Source: a bacterium
GTDB taxonomy: Bacteria > Patescibacteriota > Microgenomatia > Daviesbacterales > UBA10151
Assembly: GCA_021786105.1 (NCBI GenBank)
Contig: JAJYNW010000025.1
Location: 1 to 13,893 of the forward strand
Length of the DNA: 13,893 nt
Direction of reading: 5' to 3'
The notes beneath the pieces were generated by a model. The model had not been told where the DNA came from, made no database searches, and was given only the letters and a program-made list of their open reading frames with translations. Shown piece by piece: positions 1-6,833 of the stretch; the stretch's first letter is position 1, and each line of letters starts with the position of its first letter. The translations under genes and the position numbers were made by a program.

Positions 1-8
1 GTTTTCAT
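1..8 (-). CDS. 5' end of a gene running off the left edge (MKT...)
   Basis: Minus strand reads AAAGGAGG-aattg-ATG AAA AC: a strong Shine-Dalgarno (14-21) 5 nt before an ATG at 8-6. Only 2.7 codons are visible. Confidence 0.4.
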
Positions 9-135
9 CAATTCCTCCTTTCAGCTCAGATAATGATTTAATTCCAGCAAGTTTGAGTGCCGTTTTAATATACCTGAACCCCTTAATTCTAACTGAAAGG
101 TGTATATGATCCGCTAGCTCACCTACATAATTCAT

Positions 136-164
136 TTGACACTTATTATCAACCTATGTATGAT
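136..164 (+). promoter_or_regulatory. sigma70-type promoter
   Basis: TTGACA (136-141), 17 nt, TATGAT (159-164). The TTG 'start' at 136 in the ORF track is the -35 box. Confidence 0.75.
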
Positions 165-177
165 ACAAAAATCTATT

Positions 178-423
178 ATGGTTGAAAAAGGTGGAATAAT
201 TGGAACAACTGAGGTAACAAGTGATGATCCTATTCTTAAAGCAACAATAGGTAAAAACTATACTTTCCAAGACTTTAAAAATAGCTGTGTTGGTTTAACT
301 CCTGAGCAGATTGAAAAAGATTGGCTAGCGCAACTGGGTAATATAGCACTTTCCGACAAAGAGTGGCGGGGTTCAACTCCGGTTAAGGGGATGGCTTTTG
401 TTGAACAGGATGAACGCATTTAA
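178..423 (+). CDS. hypothetical protein (81 aa, accessory ORFan)
   Basis: Open frame; start moved from TTG136 to ATG178 because a near-consensus promoter lies at 136-164. No recognisable motif. Confidence 0.65.
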   Translation: MVEKGGIIGTTEVTSDDPILKATIGKNYTFQDFKNSCVGLTPEQIEKDWLAQLGNIALSDKEWRGSTPVKGMAFVEQDERI

Positions 424-470
424 CTATCTGAGTGAAGCTTGTACTTTTAATTCTTTCAATTTCCACATAA
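424..470 (-). pseudogene. orphan duplicate 3' end of the 500..805 gene (MWKLKELKVQASLR*)
   Basis: 468-445 encodes MWKLKELK, identical in protein to 577-554 of the neighbouring gene but with synonymous codon differences; ends at TAG 426-424. Confidence 0.75.
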
Positions 471-521
471 GGACCTTCTCGCTCGCAGTATGAGATATTT
501 TACTGCTCGCTTCGAAGAACC
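471..521 (-). repeat. imperfect palindromic element with tandem GA mismatches
   Basis: Minus strand GGTTCTTCGAAGCGAGCAGTA-aaatatctca-TACTGCGAGCGAGAAGGTCC pairs as GCAGTA/TACTGC, GA/GA, GC/GC, GAA/GA, CTTC/GAAG, GG/CC. It contains the stop codon of the 500..805 gene. Confidence 0.65.
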
Positions 522-805
522 TTGCCTCCCGCCTTCGGCGGGACGTAAACACTCTTCAGTTCTTTGAGCTTCCACATAAATACACGAGCCTTAGACTTAG
601 CGGAGGTGTAGCCTTTGGTAAAATTTAAGGCTTCTTCTAAAATATGGCGGTCAATGTTTTTGGCCAGTTTGATATAAAGCGAATAATGTTTGGTATCCTG
701 CAGGCTTTCTGCCAAGAAAACTCCGTACATTTGGAATTCTTTTGAAATGTTTCTAGGTCGGTCTTTAAACTTAACTTCCGCAATGGCTTTGGCGATGGAT
801 TTCAT
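500..805 (-). CDS. small basic hypothetical protein (101 aa); C-terminal tail derived from palindromic elements
   Basis: ATG overlaps the TGA of the upstream gene (ATGA at 805-802), consistent with translational coupling. The synonymous conservation in the duplicated 3' end supports real coding. Confidence 0.85.
   Translation of the reverse strand: MKSIAKAIAEVKFKDRPRNISKEFQMYGVFLAESLQDTKHYSLYIKLAKNIDRHILEEALNFTKGYTSAKSKARVFMWKLKELKSVYVPPKAGGKVLRSEQ
527..543. repeat. mini-hairpin TCCCGCC-TTC-GGCGGGA, translated in frame (VPPKAG)
   Basis: Perfect 7-bp GC-rich stem in AT-rich context; on the minus strand the loop is c-GAA-g (GNA triloop). Confidence 0.75.
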
Positions 806-2862
806 GGTTTAGCCGGAGCAGTTGCTTCTTTTAGCTGGGTTAGCGCTTCCAGGTAATCCGGCTTTAATTTAACAGCTTCCTGCAGGGCTTGAATCGCCTC
901 GTCTTTTTTGTTAACGGTATCCAGTATCAGGGCTTTGTTGTAATAAAGCTTGGGGTCGGTAGGAGCCAGTTTTATGGATTCATTCAAAACCTGCAGAGTC
1001 TTATCCGTATAGTTTTTGTCAATTACAGCAAGCTCAAAATAGGTTCGGATGGCAGTCCGCCAAAATGAAACATTTTTAGGATCACTTTTTAAAACTTCTT
1101 CGGTGTCGGCAATAGCTTCGTCTTTTAAGTCGGCAGATAAAGTAGCATCAGTATCTTTTAAGCTGGCTGCGGCTTGGGCTGCTACAAAACCAAGTTCTGA
1201 TTTATAAAATGGTTCACCGTTATTGAGTTCCGAGGCTGATTTGAGGGCGTTATATGCCCGGCCGGCATTGCCTATTTCACTTGCCCTTTCGCCTTGGGCA
1301 AAAAGCGTATCAGCATACCAGAGTTGAAAAATGGCATATATGAAGTATAAAGTAAAGAAAATGGTAATACCTTTGGCGGCTTTGGTATAAAAGGGGCGAT
1401 GGTAAATCAGGCGAAAGAGGCGGGAGGCAGGGTGTAAAGCGGAAGGTAATTTAAAAGGTTTGGTTGATTCTGTGGTGATAAAAGCCAGAGCCGGAAAAAC
1501 ATAGAAAAAGACGGCAATGATCACCACGGAAAAAAGAAAGAAATTAGAAATCAGGTAAGCGATATAGGCGGCAAGTAAGCAGGCGATAAATATTATGTGG
1601 GAAGTGTTATGTGTTTTTTGTCTTATACTTAATACCAAATACTTAATGCAAAATACTATAAAGGCTCCGATTACCAGCATATATGTCCCAAAACCCACTA
1701 TTCCGGTGGTGGCCAAGTAATTTAGGTACTCATTGTGGGCTTTGTTATATAAGAAGTCCCATTCGGAAGTTAAATTATGTTCGGCTGGACGGTATTGATA
1801 ATAAGAGTAAGCAAAAGTTTCCAATCCGGAGCCTAAAATTGGGTAATGTTTGAAAATATCCCAAGCTCCTTTCCACACAATCAGCCTGATCTGGCCAGAT
1901 TCGGAGCCGCCATTTTCCAGCTGGGTACCGGTGGGCGCTGGGGCGGCAGTAGGAATGTTTATTCCCGGTCTGGCCGGAGCAGCAAATTTAGAGATTAACC
2001 GGAAACTGGTTAAAGCTGAGCCAAAAAGCAGGTTAATGATGAGAAAGGATACGATAGTGGCAAGTAGCAATTTAACACTGTCATTCTGGGGAGGAGCAGA
2101 GCGACGACTCCAGAATCGATTCTGGACAAGCCAGAATGACATAAATACTGCTACCATCCCTCCAATCAATCCCACTGTCGGGCCGCGGGAATAGGTAAAG
2201 GTGAAGGCCAAGTAGTAAGTAGTAAGTAGTAAGTAGTAAGTATACTGGGTTGATCTTTTCGTCGCGGTTAGGAAGAAATAAAGTGTTGGGAAAATCAGCA
2301 TGGCTAAATAGGCAGCCAGCCAGTTCGGCTGGCCTAAAGTGGCAAAAACCCGGTCCTGGACTACCTGGATCCAGCAGGAAGCGTTAAATTCCCCCCTTAA
2401 AATTATACAAGAGGGGGAAACTCCAAAATGTTCGGAAATTCCCCACAAAGAAATAATAAAACCACTGGCCAGCCCAAATTTGAGGGCTGATTTAACTTTG
2501 GCAAAGTCCATATTGGAAACAAAAGCCCAAAATAATAATAGGTAGGAAATTATGGAAAGCAGGCCGCCGTTGGAACGGGAATAATAGCCCCAAATGGAAG
2601 TATGCGGGTCGATGGAAAAAATAGTGGATAGGATATTTGCTCCCAAAAACAGTAGTAAGGGAATATCAAGCGGAGTCCTTCTAAAGATTAAAGTTTTTTC
2701 AGAAATCATCTTTAACACCCAAGTCCCGACGATAAGCACTGTAAAGCCGTAAACTAAGATCATTTTGTTATATTCAAACAGCTCAAAATTTGAGGAGGTC
2801 CAAAAAAGCGGGGTTAAAAAGAAAAGCAGGTAAAAGGAATAAGGAATGATCCTGGTTAGCAT
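802..2862 (-). CDS. O-antigen ligase / oligosaccharyltransferase-like (Wzy_C) polytopic membrane protein with C-terminal TPR repeats
   Basis: Many hydrophobic segments. Motifs RVFATLGQPNWLAAYL, FTYSRG, RLIVWKGA..HYPILGSGLETF and KAHNEYL are typical of the O-antigen ligase family. TPR-like end (APTDPKLYYNKALIL...EAIQALQEAVKLKPDY). ATG2862 preferred; TTG2868 is possible. Confidence 0.88.
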   Translation of the reverse strand: MLTRIIPYSFYLLFFLTPLFWTSSNFELFEYNKMILVYGFTVLIVGTWVLKMISEKTLIFRRTPLDIPLLLFLGANILSTIFSIDPHTSIWGYYSRSNGGLLSIISYLLLFWAFVSNMDFAKVKSALKFGLASGFIISLWGISEHFGVSPSCIILRGEFNASCWIQVVQDRVFATLGQPNWLAAYLAMLIFPTLYFFLTATKRSTQYTYYLLLTTYYLAFTFTYSRGPTVGLIGGMVAVFMSFWLVQNRFWSRRSAPPQNDSVKLLLATIVSFLIINLLFGSALTSFRLISKFAAPARPGINIPTAAPAPTGTQLENGGSESGQIRLIVWKGAWDIFKHYPILGSGLETFAYSYYQYRPAEHNLTSEWDFLYNKAHNEYLNYLATTGIVGFGTYMLVIGAFIVFCIKYLVLSIRQKTHNTSHIIFIACLLAAYIAYLISNFFLFSVVIIAVFFYVFPALAFITTESTKPFKLPSALHPASRLFRLIYHRPFYTKAAKGITIFFTLYFIYAIFQLWYADTLFAQGERASEIGNAGRAYNALKSASELNNGEPFYKSELGFVAAQAAASLKDTDATLSADLKDEAIADTEEVLKSDPKNVSFWRTAIRTYFELAVIDKNYTDKTLQVLNESIKLAPTDPKLYYNKALILDTVNKKDEAIQALQEAVKLKPDYLEALTQLKEATAPAKP
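2079..2141. repeat. 63-bp REP-like inverted dimer, in frame within the ligase gene
   Basis: Perfect 11-bp terminal inverted repeats TGTCATTCTGG (2079-2089) / CCAGAATGACA (2131-2141) and a central 18-bp perfect palindrome TCCAGAATCGATTCTGGA (2109-2126). The length is a multiple of 3. Confidence 0.85.
2210..2242. repeat. heptanucleotide tandem repeat (AAGTAGT)x4.7 within a CDS
   Basis: Four perfect units plus AAGTA; encodes YYLLLTTYYL on the minus strand. Confidence 0.9.
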
Positions 2863-2873
2863 GGTCAAAAACT

Positions 2874-2902
2874 ATCCTAACAGAGATGGAGTGCTTGAGC
2901 AA
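2874..2902 (-). promoter_or_regulatory. sigma70-type promoter of the ligase operon
   Basis: Minus strand TTGCTC (2902-2897), 17 nt, TAGGAT (2879-2874), with an extended -10 TG. ATG follows 11 nt later. Confidence 0.55.
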
Positions 2903-2927
2903 GCGTTTGTGTAGTTGGTAAGAAACT

Positions 2928-2965
2928 GTTCACATTAATATTACGGCCGTATGTTTAATGTGAAC
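2928..2965. repeat. 38-bp near-perfect palindrome
   Basis: GTTCACATTAA-tat-TACGGCCGTA-tgt-TTAATGTGAAC; 32 of 38 positions are symmetric. Confidence 0.85.
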
Positions 2966-2974
2966 TATTTTGAC

Positions 2975-2995
2975 AAAAAACCAACGATCGTTGGT
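2975..2995 (-). terminator. probable intrinsic terminator of the 3007..3699 gene
   Basis: Minus strand ACCAAC-GATC-GTTGGT followed by TTTTT, starting 11 nt after the stop codon. Confidence 0.55.
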
Positions 2996-3006
2996 AAACG
3001 AGATAT

Positions 3007-3699
3007 CTATTCAATTGGGAAACGCGGTGCTACAGTTTTTTCTAAAACTTTAGTAAATAGAGTTTTTGGGATCGGGTATGAAACTGTGGCTGCATATACA
3101 TCCTGGATTTCTTTGAGTGCTAGGATATGTGACCAGTAAGAGAATCTTCTTGGGTACCATTGATCTCCCCAGGCACCATAAAAAAGAGTACAAAATTCCG
3201 CATTTATCCTAAACCAAGTTTTATCATCATTTTGCGGTAAGCTTTGTTCTTCTTCGCCGTTCTCTAGGTAAACTTGGGTTATATTCGCTAGATTTAGCGG
3301 CCATTGTAATTGGTCAAATCGTAGCGATGGAAAAGGAGGTAAAGTCACATTGTTATATCCAAAATCAGAATAGCTAGGACCAACCTGTAGACTAACGGAT
3401 TCTCCTGCATTTTGTGAAAGATTGGCTACTGCTATCGGGTTTCCAGTTTCCATTGGCCTATATTGGTGCGGTTTTCGAGAAATAGCGTCGATAAGTTTGC
3501 AAGCTTCTTTTAGGAATGTATCAGCTGATAGAGCGGTTTCCCAGGTCATTGAAAAGGAATCAGAGAAGTTTAAATTTATCGACATCAACGCTTTATCTGC
3601 AGTTTTAACTGTATAAATAGGAGCATAATGGAAAGCAGGTTTATCCGTTCTAACAAGAAAATAACCATTACCTAAATGTTCAGGCCGTCCAATTTGCAT
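3007..3699 (-). CDS. hypothetical protein (230 aa, accessory ORFan)
   Basis: Long open frame. Start moved to ATG3699 (MQIGRPE) because the 3759 start overlaps the ATPase and a promoter lies at 3712-3740. No family recognised. Confidence 0.7.
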   Translation of the reverse strand: MQIGRPEHLGNGYFLVRTDKPAFHYAPIYTVKTADKALMSINLNFSDSFSMTWETALSADTFLKEACKLIDAISRKPHQYRPMETGNPIAVANLSQNAGESVSLQVGPSYSDFGYNNVTLPPFPSLRFDQLQWPLNLANITQVYLENGEEEQSLPQNDDKTWFRINAEFCTLFYGAWGDQWYPRRFSYWSHILALKEIQDVYAATVSYPIPKTLFTKVLEKTVAPRFPIE

Positions 3700-3711
3700 A
3701 TTATGGGCGGG

Positions 3712-3740
3712 ATTATACTGAATAGGCAGTTTAGAATCAA
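3712..3740 (-). promoter_or_regulatory. sigma70-type promoter overlapping the ATPase stop codon
   Basis: Minus strand TTGATT (3740-3735), 17 nt, TATAAT (3717-3712); ATG 12 nt downstream. Confidence 0.7.
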
Positions 3741-5527
3741 ATACTAGCCCGGAGGGCATTTATGATTACTGCTACGTCAATTATTTCCTGAAGCCCGGCT
3801 CCAAAAATGGGAGGAATGTAACCAAAGCCAGCAAAAATCATGCCTAAAATGCTTAACCCAATGCCAAACAAAATGCTTTGGGTGGCAATTTTGATGGTTT
3901 TCCTGGCAATTTGTAAAGAAGTTAACACCAAAGAAAAATCTCCGCCCAAAAATACCACATCAGCCGCTTCCGAGGCAGCCGTTTGTTCTTCGTTGGAAAA
4001 AACTAAGCCCACATTGGCCAAAGCTAAAGCCGGTGCATCATTAATGCCGTCCCCAATCATGGCCACAGTTTTGCCGGAATTTTGCAAGTTTTTTACCCCA
4101 TTTAATTTATCCTGCGGTGACATTTGGGCAGTCAGCTCAATTTGTAAATTCAGCTGGTGGGCAACTCTTTCCGCTGCTGCCTGTCTGTCGCCGGTAAATA
4201 TTTTCAAATTTAAGCCCATTCTTTGCAGTTTTTGGAAGGAAGTTTTGGAGTCCAGCTTTAATTCGTCTTCAAACTTAAAAACGGCGAGCCTTCTTCCGGC
4301 GGAGGTCAACGCAATGGTCATGCCGATGTTGTCTTTCATTTTGGCCAGGGTAAATTTTTGTTTGTCGATGGTTCCGGAAATGCCGTGGCCGATAACTTCC
4401 TGGATCTCGGTTGCATATAAAACCGGAGCATTATTATCCCGGGCCTTGACGACGATGGCTTTGGCCAGAGGATGAAGGGAATTTCTTTCTAAAGATTCCG
4501 CAATACCCAGGATTTTTTGTTCATTAAATTGCCTGGTCAAGATTTCTATATGGGTTAATCTGGGTTGACCTAAGGTAATGGTGCCGGTTTTGTCAAAAAT
4601 CACCGTATCCACCTTAGCCAAAGTTTCCAAACTGGCCAGCTTTTTAACAATCACCCGTTTTTGGGCGGCTGAGGAAACCCCGCCCAACAGAGCAATCGGG
4701 GCGGCAATAATCAAAGGACAAGGAGTGGCAATGGCCAACACTGACAGCACCCGGGTTAGATCAAAATTTGAGGAAAAATAGGCAAAGGCGGCAATTACCA
4801 AAGTTACCAAGGTAAAAAAAACGCTGTACCTGTCAGCCATTCTGACAAAGGGTGATTGTTCTTTTTCTGCTTTTTTAACCAGCTCAATAATTTTGTCGTA
4901 AGTAGAATTGCCTTCGGTTTTGGTAACTGCTATGACCATGGGAGAGCCGATATTGACCGTGCCGGATCTTAAAACATCCCCTTTAATTTTGTCCAGGAAA
5001 TACGGCTCGCCGGTCAGACTGGATTCATCGGTTTGGCCGGCGGGCGAAATTAGCGTTCCATCCAAAGGGATAACCTCACCCTTCCTGATAAAAATCTGCT
5101 GGCCGATTTTGATATCTTTAAGCTTAGCTTTGTTGGTAGTTTTGCCTTTTTCCCATCTCAAAACTTCGTCAGGAATCCTTTCAATTAGTTTGGTTAAGGA
5201 CTCTTTGGCTTGGGTTACAGCATAGCTTTCCAAAGTCCTGCCGGAGGCAATCATCAAAGCCAAAATAGCTGCCACCAAAAAATGCCCGGTATATAAAGAA
5301 ACTAAGATGGCTAAAATGGCAATATAGTCCAAAGCAAAACGCTTTTCCCAAAGTTTTTTAAAGGTGTCAAAAAACAGCTGATAAGACCCTAAAATAGTGG
5401 TTAAAATGGCAATTACGTCAGCCGGCAGGGTAAGGTTTGCGAATTTGAGGATTAGGTAGATGATAATGCCGATCAGACAGATCAGCGGAATCCGAAAAGT
5501 CTCTGAAAACAATATCTTAATTTCCAT
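3737..5527 (-). CDS. heavy-metal-translocating P1B-type ATPase (P1B-5-like motifs)
   Basis: TGEP, DKTGT, HP, TGD and GDGINDAPALA motifs; membrane motifs TPCP and QEIID; no N-terminal CxxC metal-binding domain. Confidence 0.93.
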   Translation of the reverse strand: MEIKILFSETFRIPLICLIGIIIYLILKFANLTLPADVIAILTTILGSYQLFFDTFKKLWEKRFALDYIAILAILVSLYTGHFLVAAILALMIASGRTLESYAVTQAKESLTKLIERIPDEVLRWEKGKTTNKAKLKDIKIGQQIFIRKGEVIPLDGTLISPAGQTDESSLTGEPYFLDKIKGDVLRSGTVNIGSPMVIAVTKTEGNSTYDKIIELVKKAEKEQSPFVRMADRYSVFFTLVTLVIAAFAYFSSNFDLTRVLSVLAIATPCPLIIAAPIALLGGVSSAAQKRVIVKKLASLETLAKVDTVIFDKTGTITLGQPRLTHIEILTRQFNEQKILGIAESLERNSLHPLAKAIVVKARDNNAPVLYATEIQEVIGHGISGTIDKQKFTLAKMKDNIGMTIALTSAGRRLAVFKFEDELKLDSKTSFQKLQRMGLNLKIFTGDRQAAAERVAHQLNLQIELTAQMSPQDKLNGVKNLQNSGKTVAMIGDGINDAPALALANVGLVFSNEEQTAASEAADVVFLGGDFSLVLTSLQIARKTIKIATQSILFGIGLSILGMIFAGFGYIPPIFGAGLQEIIDVAVIINALRASI

Positions 5528-5562
5528 GATTTTTCCTTTTGTTCTAGACTTCTTTTTTTATT

Positions 5563-5605
5563 TCTGGAACAAGTCCAGAGATTCTTCGCTTCACTCAGAA
5601 TGACA
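5563..5605. repeat. composite REP-like element in the ATPase upstream region
   Basis: TCTGGA-ACAAG-TCCAGA hairpin (5563-5579) abutting GATTCTTCGCTTCACTCAGAATGACA. The latter reads ATTCT-GA-GT-GAA-GC-GA-AGAAT on the minus strand and has the same GAATGACA end as 2134-2141 and 6816-6823. Confidence 0.8.
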
Positions 5606-5638
5606 GACGCTTCTCATAGAAAATTAAGATACGAATTT

Positions 5639-5668
5639 ATATTAGCAAAAAAGGTTGTGGTAGATCAA
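5639..5668 (-). promoter_or_regulatory. candidate promoter for the P1B ATPase
   Basis: Minus strand TTGATC (5668-5663), 18 nt, TAATAT (5644-5639), with an extended -10 TG. Confidence 0.4.
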
Positions 5669-5675
5669 TCTCTTA

Positions 5676-5684
5676 TGTTAAACT
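5676..5684 (+). promoter_or_regulatory. extended -10 promoter predicting a leaderless mreB mRNA
   Basis: TG-T-TAAACT then 6 nt (CCCCTC, no Shine-Dalgarno) before ATG5691; TTGTGG lies 18 nt upstream of the -10. Confidence 0.6.
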
Positions 5685-5690
5685 CCCCTC

Positions 5691-6752
5691 ATGTTTGGGA
5701 AAATATGGGAACTGTTATCGTGCGATATTGGTATAGATTTGGGTACTGTTAATACTCTCGTTTTAGTTAAGGGCAAAGGGATTGCCATCCGTGAACCGAC
5801 CGTTGTGGCCATCCACAAAAAAACCCGTCAAATTTTAGCAATTGGTACTGAAGCCAAAAGAATGTTGGGTCGGACTCCGGCAGTCATCGAGGCGGTCAGG
5901 CCTTTGCGGAATGGGGTAATTTCCGATTTTGACACCACTGAAGCCATGCTGAAGTTTTTTATCCAAAAAGTTCACGAAAACCCAGGAAGAGGAATTTTTT
6001 CTTTGCCCAAAATTCCCCGACCCCGGGTGGTAGTGGGTATTCCTTCCGGGGTGACCGAAGTGGAAAGAAGGGCAGTGCAGGATGCCTGTTTGTCGGCGGG
6101 TGCGCGGGAAGCCTATTTAATCGAAGAGCCGATGGCAGCCTCAATTGGGGCCAAACTGCCGATTGAGGATCCGGAGGGAGTAATGATTGTGGATATTGGC
6201 GGAGGGACCACTGAGATTGCGGTGATTTCTTTGGGCGGCATGGTGGTTAATAAATCTTTAAGGGTGGCAGGAGATGAATTGGATCAGGAAATTATTAATT
6301 ATATGCGGATGCGGTATGGAGTGTTAATTGGAGAAAGAACGGCTGAGGACGTTAAAATTGAAATCGGCTCGGCGTATCCTGTCGGCAAAGATGACATGGT
6401 GACAGTAATTAGAGGTAGGGATTTGGCAACCGGTTTGCCAAAATCCTTAAAAATTACCACGGCTGAGATCAGGGAGGCGCTTGCTCCGACAGTTTCGCAA
6501 ATGATTACCGCCATCCAGGAAATTTTAGAAGAAACTCCTCCAGAGCTCCTGACCGATATAGTGGAAAGAGGGATATACTTGGCCGGCGGCGGGGCACTCC
6601 TGCGGGGTTTGGATAAAAGGATTGCCGAAGAAACCAAGCTGCCCGTTTATGTGGCAGATGATCCGCTGACTACCGTGGTTAGGGGTTGCGGAGAAGTATT
6701 AAATAACTTGAATTTGTTGTCGAAGGTCAAAGTGACAGGAGGCCTTCGTTAG
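5691..6752 (+). CDS. mreB: rod shape-determining protein MreB (actin-like ATPase)
   Basis: DIGIDLGT.NT, VRPLRNGVISDF, PSGVTEVERRA, IEEPMAA.IG, VDIGGGTTEIAVISLGG and GGGALLRGLD motifs. Confidence 0.97.
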   Translation: MFGKIWELLSCDIGIDLGTVNTLVLVKGKGIAIREPTVVAIHKKTRQILAIGTEAKRMLGRTPAVIEAVRPLRNGVISDFDTTEAMLKFFIQKVHENPGRGIFSLPKIPRPRVVVGIPSGVTEVERRAVQDACLSAGAREAYLIEEPMAASIGAKLPIEDPEGVMIVDIGGGTTEIAVISLGGMVVNKSLRVAGDELDQEIINYMRMRYGVLIGERTAEDVKIEIGSAYPVGKDDMVTVIRGRDLATGLPKSLKITTAEIREALAPTVSQMITAIQEILEETPPELLTDIVERGIYLAGGGALLRGLDKRIAEETKLPVYVADDPLTTVVRGCGEVLNNLNLLSKVKVTGGLR

Positions 6753-6764
6753 AAGATCGACTAA

Positions 6765-6823
6765 CATCCCGTACTTGATAGAGGGTGTGTCCTTCGTACA
6801 ACGGGATCAAGTCCGGAATGACA
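6765..6823. repeat. REP-like inverted dimer with nested insert
   Basis: CATCCCGTACTTGAT (6765-6779) and ATCAAGTCCGGAATG (6806-6820) are inverted repeats (13/15); the element ends in GAATGACA. Confidence 0.75.
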
Positions 6824-6833
6824 AAGAAACAAA

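Noticed and set aside
424-580. Diversity-generating retroelement TR/VR pair
   Set aside because: Differences include T/C and G/C changes, not only adenines; all are silent; the match is short; no reverse transcriptase in the window.
1850-2545. Plus-strand ORFs 1850..2194 and 2339..2545
   Set aside because: Antisense shadows of the well-supported ligase gene.
2869-3006. Integron attC site behind the ORFan
   Set aside because: No properly paired RYYYAAC...GTTRRRY ends, no repeat of the structure after other ORFans, and no integrase.
2951-3616. Plus-strand ORFs 2951..3139 and 3422..3616
   Set aside because: Overlap the longer minus-strand gene that has its own promoter and terminator.
3840-5225. 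Plus-strand ORFs 3840..4475, 4578..4781 and 4908..5225
   Set aside because: Antisense shadows of the P-type ATPase; no motifs.
5656-5683. dif site (TTATGTTAAAC matches the E. coli XerD arm at 10/11)
   Set aside because: The partner arm (TGTGGTAGATC) lacks the inner ATAA symmetry; the sequence is better explained as the mreB extended -10.
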